From a virus: a DNA stretch of 64,000 nt. Shown one piece after another: positions 27,069-35,327 of the stretch. Within the stretch, counting starts at the first letter, position 1. Each line of letters begins with the position of its first letter. Under the pieces are notes generated by a model. The model was not told where the DNA came from. It did no database searches and was given only the letters and a program-made list of their open reading frames with translations. The stretch covers positions 1 to 64,000 of the IMG/VR virus record IMGVR_UViG_3300046698_000540; one strand, written 5' to 3'. The translations under genes were made by a program, and so were the position numbers.

Positions 27069-28334
27069 TCAGTATTTCATCTCGCTGGGGTCAATTCCCG
27101 AAGAATATCCGCCACCTTCTTCATCCTCCAGGGAATCGAACTCCATGCCTTCCAGGTCCCACTTGATACGGACCGGATAAGTAGGCAAGTCCTCTTCGCG
27201 GATTTTCAGGAACTGCGCCAGCATCTCTTTGTTGATCCGCTCATCAGAACCTTGCACCAGCTTCAAAGCCCAATCGCAGAACTGGCTGTAGGCATCCGAA
27301 TAGGCAGCGTTGTCCAAAGTGGCATTCCGCGGATCTTCTTCCCTGTTCAACTGGTTGTTCACCACCCATTTGGAGCGATCCTGCTTCGCGGCCGCTTTTA
27401 TTCCACGGGCAACCGACATGCGGCCTTCCCAACCGGTGAGGCCTTCGTCGTTGTCCACCAGATATACACCGTCGATCCCGATCCAGGTAACGCCGGCCTG
27501 GCGGGCCATGGCTTGAATCGAAAGAGGCGTGCAGGGGCCGTCGAACTCCGGAAAATACAACGACGCCATTCCTTCCATCTCGGAAAGCGCCTGGTAGTAT
27601 TGCTTTTCCAGAACGTTGCCAAGTTCACCGCGGCGAAACGCCTGGTAGGGAAGTTTCGCATGAAGAGCGTCGTACCGATTCTCCAACGCTAGGCGATCCA
27701 TTTCCCGGGAAACCAGCATCACGCGCTCGCCGGAAAGTTGCGCCGCGTGCGCCATCATCATAAGCTGCCAGGTTTTTCCGGTTCCCCGTTTGCCTAGAAC
27801 GTATCCGAAGTCCCCAGGTTGCACACCCAACGTCCATTTATCAAACCAGGCGAACCCTGAGGGTGTGCCATAGAGGTTGATCTTGTCTCTACGCTGCTCA
27901 TAGCGGAATTTTCTTTCCGCCATGTTTCGGGTGACGTCCAGCAGCCGTGTGGAGGATCTGAGCGCGGCGATCTCCATGCTGCCTTTGGCCAGGACGTCGG
28001 CCGCCAGGTCCACGTCATCCACCTTCATGGCGGCGCCCATGGAGGCCATGATGCCGGAAATCCGGTTGTAACGAGTCCTCTTCCTCAGCTCCTCCACTAC
28101 CCACTCGGGCTGCTCCTTGTGATGTTCCAGCGCATAGCTGGCATGTTTCCTGCGGATGATCGACTCTGCCGGCAGCTTGCCGTGAAACTTGGGATTCGCC
28201 CAATAGGCCCAGATGAACGCGGCGACTTCCTTCATAGGCCCCTGGAAATCCTCAACTGTGAGTCCACCGGAGACGAAGGGTTCCAGCTTCCCCTCCGTCA
28301 GGATCACGTCTATGGCTATCTTGTCAAGATCCGT
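27069..28334 (-). CDS. DnaB-like replicative helicase (start uncertain)
   Basis: GKRGTGKT, VSREM, IGIDGVY, NQLNRE, AYSDAYSQFCD, KIRE. Confidence 0.88.
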   Translation of the reverse strand, partial: TDLDKIAIDVILTEGKLEPFVSGGLTVEDFQGPMKEVAAFIWAYWANPKFHGKLPAESIIRRKHASYALEHHKEQPEWVVEELRKRTRYNRISGIMASMGAAMKVDDVDLAADVLAKGSMEIAALRSSTRLLDVTRNMAERKFRYEQRRDKINLYGTPSGFAWFDKWTLGVQPGDFGYVLGKRGTGKTWQLMMMAHAAQLSGERVMLVSREMDRLALENRYDALHAKLPYQAFRRGELGNVLEKQYYQALSEMEGMASLYFPEFDGPCTPLSIQAMARQAGVTWIGIDGVYLVDNDEGLTGWEGRMSVARGIKAAAKQDRSKWVVNNQLNREEDPRNATLDNAAYSDAYSQFCDWALKLVQGSDERINKEMLAQFLKIREEDLPTYPVRIKWDLEGMEFDSLEDEEGGGYSSGIDPSEMKY

Positions 28335-28516
28335 GGCACACCTCCCGGACCAACAGGCACCTTCACCATGGCGAGATCCGCCGGCGCCCCGCAATGATCG
28401 CAGTGAAACACCACGCCATCGAACAGACTTGAGAGACAGTACCCCGTGAGCATGAGCGGATGATATTGGCAGCAACAGGTCATGCACCAATCCTGATAGG
28501 GGCTATTTTGCGCCAC
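28316..28516 (-). CDS. small Cys-rich protein
   Basis: CMTC ... CDHCG. Confidence 0.5.
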   Translation of the reverse strand: MAQNSPYQDWCMTCCCQYHPLMLTGYCLSSLFDGVVFHCDHCGAPADLAMVKVPVGPGGVPRILTR

Positions 28517-28979
28517 TGAAATACCTCCGCAGAATGGCGCTCACCTGTCCTTTCCTTGCTTCTCCCGGAGGCGGCAGCTCGTCTTCTGAAGGGAACAACA
28601 CCTTGCAAATTTCTTCCGTAATGTCATCAAAGCTGTCGTGCTTCCGACTTAAAATCTTTCGTATCTTAGCCATGTTCCCCCTCAATAAATCGCCGTTACC
28701 GCGCAACCTCGACCGTGCCTGGACGCCACCTGAAGGAGGTTCATCTTCTCGGGCGGATTTCCGGCGCCATTGTTGATGAGCACGTAACAGGAATCGTCCA
28801 CGAGGATGTCATTCTTGGGATCTGAAATTCCCAGGAACGCCTGCGGAGGCATGGCGTCCGGCTTGTACGCGTAGATGCAGAAGTTTCCATCCGGATCTCT
28901 TTGCGCACCCAAATAATCCAGCGACTCCAGGAGCTCCTTCTGCGAAATAAGCCGGCCTTGCCGGAGTGGTGGCAGAGGT

Positions 28980-29249
28980 TTACTCAAGGCCGTCTCCTTC
29001 CTTCGGTAAATCCGCGATTTTTCCGTGTTTGGAAGCCCACGCCTCCATGCGGTCCGCCTGCCGCATTGCTGACGACGTGCATACATCCGAACCGCCGTTG
29101 ACTTTGTTCAGATGTGCCCACGCCCTAACCGTCGCGGCACCCACCATATCCCGGCCCAGAACCAAAAACACTGGCTCCTCGTCCGGAATCAGGTGTGCCG
29201 AATCCTGGATCCGTTCCGTATAGTCTTTTCTCGCGTGCTGCATGTTCAC
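28980..29249 (-). CDS. phage hypothetical protein
   Basis: DEEPVFLVLGRD ... AATVRAWA motif. Confidence 0.65.
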   Translation of the reverse strand: MNMQHARKDYTERIQDSAHLIPDEEPVFLVLGRDMVGAATVRAWAHLNKVNGGSDVCTSSAMRQADRMEAWASKHGKIADLPKEGDGLE

Positions 29250-29439
29250 TTCCTCCTGATCTTTTGGCTGCTCACCAACTCGAAAGACTCGACCTTGACG
29301 TCCACCCCCGCCACATCCGCCATTTCCAACTGCTTTCGCAACTGGCCCTCTTCCGAAGGCTTTTCGCCGGCGTCAACGAAAGTTTCCTCTGTCAGAAGCA
29401 CAACCGCGCGATACTTCGTAACTAAAACGTTTTCCATGT

Positions 29440-29613
29440 TCACCTTTCCATAGCGCAGGCAGGACACCTGTACTCAATTATCTCCTTGCCATAACCTAAG
29501 GGCACCACAACAGCACAAGTGTGACCACACTCCAATTCAAGAATCACCGCCTCCTGGTCTGGAGCCATAATCCCTAGGGGGTCTCCTTTAGACCTACGCA
29601 AAACTTTCTTCAT
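29440..29613 (-). CDS. 57-aa Zn-ribbon protein; absent from the ORF track
   Basis: MKKVLRRS ... LECGH ... YRCPACAMER, SD AAGGAG. Confidence 0.55.
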   Translation of the reverse strand: MKKVLRRSKGDPLGIMAPDQEAVILELECGHTCAVVVPLGYGKEIIEYRCPACAMER

Positions 29614-29835
29614 TGGATTGCTCCTTCTACCTTTCCATGGTTGACCCGATCAAAATACCTAGTACGAGAGCTTGGTGGATCTTAGCTGCCAGCCCTGTGG
29701 TGGCATTATCTATGAGAGCCAGGGTCATAGTCAGAACCCAAGTTTCCCTTCCGAGTTCTTGAAACGACTCAACTATCGCAGGATCTTGCGCGGCGAATTT
29801 TTCGAAAATAGATGTGCCTGCTTCTTCCAAAGTCA

Positions 29836-30345
29836 TCATCGAAGTATGCTCGCATCCCACTGATCCACGTATATAACCAGCGACGTGGGCAGGTACTTGG
29901 CCAACTCCTTGTCGCGCGTATAGAAGCGCAGCGCGCGCTCGCCTCGGCAGTATTGGTGCACGTCCATCGCCTGTCCTCCATAGTCCGGCGAAGGCACCAA
30001 ATGAAATCCGCTGTTGGGGAACTCTCCTAAGACGTACTCCACCGCCTTGACCAAACCGGCCGCGTAGGGCGCCCGCACAAGAACTTCAATACGAAGGCCC
30101 TTGTCCAACAGCCACCAGCCTGCCGTTTCCGCTTCCTTGGTGAGCTTGTACCTGGCGATGTAGAAAGGCAGCAGTTTCCGGAACAACCAACGAGTCCAAC
30201 GGTGATCTCGGAGCCATTCGTAAATCTTGAGGCCCCAACCTGGCTCTGGCGCCTTAACCAGAGCATCGAAGTCTATCACCACCAGGGGCGCCAACTTGTT
30301 GGAAATATCTCTACGCATCATAAGGCACCAGAGCGTGCGAACCAT
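29836..30345 (-). CDS. hypothetical protein (degenerate HAD-like?)
   Basis: LVVIDFDAL motif; start uncertain. Confidence 0.5.
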   Translation of the reverse strand: MVRTLWCLMMRRDISNKLAPLVVIDFDALVKAPEPGWGLKIYEWLRDHRWTRWLFRKLLPFYIARYKLTKEAETAGWWLLDKGLRIEVLVRAPYAAGLVKAVEYVLGEFPNSGFHLVPSPDYGGQAMDVHQYCRGERALRFYTRDKELAKYLPTSLVIYVDQWDASILR

Positions 30346-30482
30346 TGCTCGAATTAGGGCACTTCGTTACCTTATCGACCTGACTGAAAACTTGCAAGCA
30401 TCGGACGCATTGAATAGCCTTAGCATATTGCAATGCCACCAGAGCGTAGGCATAATCCTTTTCTTTCACTTAGCAGTCTCCT

Positions 30483-30520
30483 AAAAGGAGGGCGCGGCGA
30501 TACTCTGTCGCGCCCTTTTT
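30483..30520. terminator. hairpin with A/T tracts on both sides (intrinsic terminator candidate)
   Basis: aaaagg-agggcgcggc-gatactct-gtcgcgccct-tttt. Confidence 0.55.
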
Positions 30521-30717
30521 CGCCCGACTAAAGGGTACGGGGGCTATGGTCTGCCGAGTCAAACTCCGAAGAGCGCCCGTTCCAAACCGAATCTGCCGGG
30601 GCTCGCCATTCGATGTGCGCCCCCAATCGGATCCCCTGGCCTCGGTCATCTCCCGTATCGAGACTCCTCAATGGCACTCAGGTTTTCCTTTACAGAGTTC
30701 TTACGCCCCCGATAAAT

Positions 30718-31821
30718 TCAGGCGGCTACAAGTTCCTGCCAGTCGCGCTGGCTCAATTCAATCACCTGGCCGCCGGCGCGTTCCAAATCCACCGAGCGCT
30801 CGTAGGAAACCGACTCGTCATTCGCCACGGCCGTTATCGCTTGCGCAAGGCCCCACTGGGATAAATCTCCCCCCTGAATCAGATTCTTCAGGATCGAGTC
30901 CCCTTCCGTGTCGGTAAACCCGTACTTGGACTGCACCACTTCCTGAACTTCCTGAAGGGATGCGCCACCTTTGGGGATCTGGTTATCCGCCGCGGCGCGC
31001 ATTTTCTCGATGAACTTCTGGAAGTTGGCTTCATCGAAGCTGCCGCGCACCACGTCCACCACCTTGCGCCAGAATGCATTGTCGTCGGCCCTCCGCGTGG
31101 CGTCCGTGAAGAACTCCTCGACGCCTTCCATGTCCCCAACGCCGCGGCCTACATGGCGCCGCTTCAGAGAAGAGTCTGGACGGATCATCCCGTTGTAGCA
31201 AACCAAGCGGTAGAACGCCGGCTCGATCGAGATCTGCGAGTGGCCCACTTCCGAATTGGTGATGACCACGCCGGCCTGCACCACGTCGTTCAGCTTCACG
31301 GCCGCGGTGAGCCTGCTGGTGAACGCCTTGATGAAAAACCGCGTCTCGGTGATCTGAATGGACTCGATCCTCATGCCCTGCGCGTGCTCTCCCATCAGCG
31401 TAGGCACCACCGCTTTGAACAGGTCGTAGTTGTCGAGCGGCCGATACTTGTCGCCAAGGTACGCCCGAGCCTGGCCATCTAGAGTCCTGACCAAGCGCGT
31501 TTCATCCTGGTGTTGGAACCAGTAGTTCACGTTCAGAGGGACCAGCTCCGGACCGTTGTCCATCATGCGCTCGTAGTACTCCCATCGAATTTTGGTGCGC
31601 TCCGCGACCTGTTGGTGCGCCAATCTGCGCATAGGAAAAACACCCTGATCGCCTATGCTGAGAGCATATTTCATTTGGAACCCTTCCGGCGACTGCACCA
31701 CCTGGTAAGGATCCAAAACCTGGACTTGGAGTTTCGAGGACGGAGCCTTGAAATCCCGCTTAGTGTCCGCTTGCCTTTGAACTTCTTTAGCGAAATCGCC
31801 TAATGCCATTCCTTGTTTCAT
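30718..31821 (-). CDS. DUF932-family protein
   Basis: RLVRTLDGQARAYLGDKYRPLDNYD ... GVVITNSEVG ... RLVCYNGMI ... RRHVG. Confidence 0.85.
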   Translation of the reverse strand: MKQGMALGDFAKEVQRQADTKRDFKAPSSKLQVQVLDPYQVVQSPEGFQMKYALSIGDQGVFPMRRLAHQQVAERTKIRWEYYERMMDNGPELVPLNVNYWFQHQDETRLVRTLDGQARAYLGDKYRPLDNYDLFKAVVPTLMGEHAQGMRIESIQITETRFFIKAFTSRLTAAVKLNDVVQAGVVITNSEVGHSQISIEPAFYRLVCYNGMIRPDSSLKRRHVGRGVGDMEGVEEFFTDATRRADDNAFWRKVVDVVRGSFDEANFQKFIEKMRAAADNQIPKGGASLQEVQEVVQSKYGFTDTEGDSILKNLIQGGDLSQWGLAQAITAVANDESVSYERSVDLERAGGQVIELSQRDWQELVAA

Positions 31822-31846
31822 GTTTCTTCTCCATGTTCTGTTCTCT

Positions 31847-31960
31847 TGATTGGGCTTCTTCGACTCATTGAAGCGGAAATTTTGCTTGCTCGCCTATCAA
31901 AACCGGAGCCACAGCCTTGCTTCAATGGGGCCGCTCCAATGAGCCGAAGAAGCCCAACCA
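31847..31960 (-). CRISPR. permuted single-spacer crRNA-like element 2 (type I-G/I-U-like half repeats)
   Basis: Minus strand: TGGTTGGGCTTCTTCGGCTCATTGGAGCGG-CCCCATTGAAGC-[38-nt spacer 31918..31881]-ATTT-CCGCTTCAATGAGTCGAAGAAGCCCAATCA. Confidence 0.75.
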
Positions 31961-32106
31961 TTTTCCTGACCGGAACCGCCAGCCTACCGGGGGCTACCAA
32001 GCCCGAATTTTCCCACAAACGGGGCACCAGGAGTGCCCATCATCGTGAGGCCCTGCCGAAACACGGGGATGCGTAAAAGCGCACACCCACCAAAACCAAA
32101 ACTTTT

Positions 32107-32763
32107 TCATCCTTTCACCCCCGATCTGTCCAGGAGTTCCTGCCGGCCTTCCCGGCGCCGATCCGCCCCGGTCATCGAAATGGTCACCATCCCCTGCTGA
32201 AGAAGGCTGGCAAACCCTTTGCCATAGGTTTCCTGAAGCTGCTCCGTGTTCATGTTCGTGGTCAACACCGTAGCGCGCTTGTAAGTAATTCGGTACCTGA
32301 TGAGGTTGACCAGGTTCTGCTCACTGTACCCGGATCCGCTACCCCGGTACTCCTGGCCGAGATCGTCAACCACCAGCAATCGACGAGTCCGGAAGGCGGC
32401 CGCCAGAGTGATATCGTCGTCGAACATCCAGTCGTGAATGTAGGCTTGCACCACGTCCGGCGCCGAAATATAAAGAACGCGGGCCGTGAAATCCAACACA
32501 CTTTTAGCAAGAGCACACGCCGCGAATGTTTTTCCCACACCGTTGGGGCCTACCAGGAGAAGTCCGACACCCTCGGACACATTGAGAACGATCTGGGAAA
32601 CATAGCCGGCGATCGCGCCGCTGGTGGGAAGCTCCGCGCCCCAATACAACGGAGGAATGCGCGCGTGCCTATACAGCTTCGTGGGATCTTTTGAGCGGTC
32701 CTTCAAATAGGCGGTGCCGTCCTCAGGAGACTGCTTCGGTGTACTCGCCTTCGACTTCGCCAT
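32107..32763 (-). CDS. DnaC/IstB-like AAA+ ATPase (helicase loader)
   Basis: GPNGVGKT, LLVVDDLGQE, TTN. Confidence 0.85.
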   Translation of the reverse strand: MAKSKASTPKQSPEDGTAYLKDRSKDPTKLYRHARIPPLYWGAELPTSGAIAGYVSQIVLNVSEGVGLLLVGPNGVGKTFAACALAKSVLDFTARVLYISAPDVVQAYIHDWMFDDDITLAAAFRTRRLLVVDDLGQEYRGSGSGYSEQNLVNLIRYRITYKRATVLTTNMNTEQLQETYGKGFASLLQQGMVTISMTGADRRREGRQELLDRSGVKG

Positions 32764-33301
32764 TCCAGTGTCCTCCCCATTTCCGTGTCTTCCCGACCTG
32801 CTGCATCCGCTTGTAAAAAACCCGGCGAAAGCCCCAAATGATGTTCATGGTCGGATGCTCAGCGTCTATCTCGAACTCTTCCTTTAGGGGCTCCCACATG
32901 CGAACCGCATAAGCCACGATCTGCTCACAGATCTGATGGCCGTCCGCACGAAGCCATTCGAGAATTTTGGGGCGGAGGTAAAACGGGAAGGGGAGGGACG
33001 GGGTCTGCTGTCTGAAGTGCTGAGCCATGCAAGCTCGCCAGAGCTGCACCAGGTCCTCGACCCGGTACACAGTTTGGACAGGAAAGCCGGCGTTATACCA
33101 GCCTCCTGTCATTACGACAGTTTCACGTTGGGGGGATTTCCTGCGGGGCCTGTGGTGGGATACTTCTGCTGTGGACCTTGCCAAAGCGCTTTGAAGCCGC
33201 TGGCACTTCTGTGTATGAGGGGCGGCCTGACGGTTGAATTCTCTTCCGCGGGCCGGTTGAAGGGATGCTGCAAGCGAACGCAGCTTCGTTGACTTTTCCA
33301 T
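32723..33301 (-). CDS. hypothetical protein (possibly replication initiator)
   Basis: Directly upstream of the DnaC-like gene. Confidence 0.55.
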   Translation of the reverse strand: MEKSTKLRSLAASLQPARGREFNRQAAPHTQKCQRLQSALARSTAEVSHHRPRRKSPQRETVVMTGGWYNAGFPVQTVYRVEDLVQLWRACMAQHFRQQTPSLPFPFYLRPKILEWLRADGHQICEQIVAYAVRMWEPLKEEFEIDAEHPTMNIIWGFRRVFYKRMQQVGKTRKWGGHWNGEVEGEYTEAVS

Positions 33302-33303
33302 GT

Positions 33304-33816
33304 TCAGTGGATTCCTTTCGCCGCAAAATTGACTTTATTGCCATGTTCAAAACCTGAATAATAGCGCTGTTCCGCTATCTCACGTTTTTTCCATGCGCCA
33401 TATTCACTTAAGGCAGTACCCAAGTGGATGTGCCTACCATCAACATGGATGTAAGCCCTCCACCTGTGCGTAGACTTGTGCCAAGACACTCCTCGAAACT
33501 GAGAGGATCCTTCCTGTTTTCTGCTGTTGAAGCGATTCTGACTCTTGCTCGCCGGCCGCAAATTTTGGCGCCTATTATTCAGACCGTTTCCATCCTTATG
33601 GTCTAGGCGACCACGCAATCCCGGCCTAATGAGGTTGTGCATAAGCCCGCACAATCTGCTTGCTGCATACCAGAGGTCTTTACGATATTGCTGAGCATGC
33701 CAACGATACGCTGCAACAAGGGGGTAAGCATTCGTATCGATAATTGCAGTCTTGCCTTGGGTGAGTTGGATTTCGGTAGTTCCATCAGAACGATGGTTGA
33801 CTTTGTTGAGAACCAT
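33304..33816 (-). CDS. HNH-AP2 homing endonuclease
   Basis: IQLTQGK.AIID, DHKDGNGLNNRRQNLR, SQFRGVSW ... WRAYI ... HLG. Confidence 0.88.
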   Translation of the reverse strand: MVLNKVNHRSDGTTEIQLTQGKTAIIDTNAYPLVAAYRWHAQQYRKDLWYAASRLCGLMHNLIRPGLRGRLDHKDGNGLNNRRQNLRPASKSQNRFNSRKQEGSSQFRGVSWHKSTHRWRAYIHVDGRHIHLGTALSEYGAWKKREIAEQRYYSGFEHGNKVNFAAKGIH

Positions 33817-34009
33817 GTTCCTCTCCGTAAAACGGTCCCGGGGCACCCCGAAAGGCGCCCCGGTGGTGAACATGGATGTGAGAAGCCGTGCCGCTGCGCG
33901 ACCCGCCCTCATCTGAACTATAGCAAGAATTGTCCGCTAAAGCAATATCCATGTCCTTGATCCGTCTCACCAAACTCGAAACCCCCTGGTGAGGGAGGGG
34001 TAAAGAATA

Positions 34010-34039
34010 AGTGTAGAATACCTGGAGCGCCTTTGTAAA
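34010..34039 (-). promoter_or_regulatory. sigma70-type promoter
   Basis: TTTACA-N18-TACACT. Confidence 0.55.
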
Positions 34040-34119
34040 GGAGCCGTCTCTCCAAGCCGTCCGACCGCGTATAAATAGTAAAGAGAAATCAGGAGAGAAG
34101 ATAAAAAGGAAGTGGTTTT

Positions 34120-34148
34120 ATTATATAGGATCGAAAAATCTTTGTAAA
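34120..34148 (-). promoter_or_regulatory. sigma70-type promoter
   Basis: TTTACA-N17-TATAAT in the AT-rich gap between structural and replication modules. Confidence 0.85.
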
Positions 34149-34171
34149 GGGCGCGCTTTTCCGATCAAGGG

Positions 34172-34594
34172 CTAGCTCAAATCGTTTAGGCTCTTGAGTT
34201 GAAACGTCTTCTGCCAGACGACAGAACTGTTGTTGTATGGAATCGTGGCCCGAGCAAGGCCTTGGGTTGGATCCACACCTGGAGAAGTTGCTTCCAGCAG
34301 AGTGGTGTCGAACTCGAAGACGTAATGGCCGGGCACGGGAACGCCTTCCAGTTCCATCTGCGTGGCTACCCCCTGAGAAACGGGATCCGTTTCGGGCGCC
34401 GCCGAGGCCACGCGGTACACTTCCACGAAGATAGATCCGTCCGGATCGTAAGGTTCCCCATCCAGATCGCGGATTTCCATTTGGATCGCGACCGTTGTTC
34501 CAAGAAAAATCATGTCGCCTTCCAGCATATAGAATGTCACCTCAAGTGCCGGCTGCACCACGAAATCGAGATCGAGTTGTTGCCCGCGGCTCAT
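34172..34594 (-). CDS. hypothetical tail-region protein
   Basis: Beta-rich ORF ending the tail module. Confidence 0.6.
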   Translation of the reverse strand: MSRGQQLDLDFVVQPALEVTFYMLEGDMIFLGTTVAIQMEIRDLDGEPYDPDGSIFVEVYRVASAAPETDPVSQGVATQMELEGVPVPGHYVFEFDTTLLEATSPGVDPTQGLARATIPYNNSSVVWQKTFQLKSLNDLS

Positions 34595-34596
34595 AG

Positions 34597-35325
34597 CTAC
34601 CCCTCGTCCCAAGCCGCCCGGTAAGTGGATGGGGTCAACAGCGCAAATGCTTGGATCTGTGCTTCCGTTGCGAGCGCCGCTGGTGGAACCCGCGCCGTGT
34701 AGAGCCACTGAAGCGCTATCAGGTTGGGCACTGGTCCGGCGACCTTCAGCGGGCCGCCATAGATCAGAACGGGATCTGTAGGCGCGGCGCCATACACGTG
34801 GCTGCCGTCCGACGCCCACGGAGTGTCATCGGCCGGCGAATAGCTGGTCGCAACCTGGTACTGGTCAAAAATCCCGGCCGGCAGGGGTTGAGTGCGGGAA
34901 AAACGCACGTTTGACACCGAATTTGAGGGTGAAGTGACCAAATTTACCCTTAAAACCTTGGAAAACGAGGCCAAAACCTTCAGCATGAGCGATCCCGCAG
35001 GATGGCTCCGCCGAAAAACCGCCGTAATGGAGCCGGCAAGAGGTACAGCAGTCGCCAAAATCACCTCCTGGCGGGCCGTTCCAGGCTCCACAATCGCGTA
35101 GTCGCTGGCTGCGAGGGCTGTGGTGGTCAGAAGCGTGAGAGCCACGTCCTGGGGCAGTGTGGCTCCAGTGATGGCCGGCGTAGTCGCCTCCACGTCTGGA
35201 GGCAGGGTAATCGGCGCGCCTGTGTCCACGCCGCTGGTATCGTCGCTGCGAAACCGCACGGCCACCACTGGAACCACTGTGGGACCGCTACCTTGCAAAT
35301 GCTCGAGCTGCACTGTAGCAGGCAT
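34597..35325 (-). CDS. hypothetical tail-region protein
   Basis: 242-aa beta-rich ORF in the tail module. Confidence 0.65.
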   Translation of the reverse strand: MPATVQLEHLQGSGPTVVPVVAVRFRSDDTSGVDTGAPITLPPDVEATTPAITGATLPQDVALTLLTTTALAASDYAIVEPGTARQEVILATAVPLAGSITAVFRRSHPAGSLMLKVLASFSKVLRVNLVTSPSNSVSNVRFSRTQPLPAGIFDQYQVATSYSPADDTPWASDGSHVYGAAPTDPVLIYGGPLKVAGPVPNLIALQWLYTARVPPAALATEAQIQAFALLTPSTYRAAWDEG

Positions 35326-35327
35326 AC

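Noticed and set aside
31818-32027. 69-aa ORF overlapping element 2
   Set aside because: No motif or clear SD; the G-U-only mismatches favour an RNA-level explanation.
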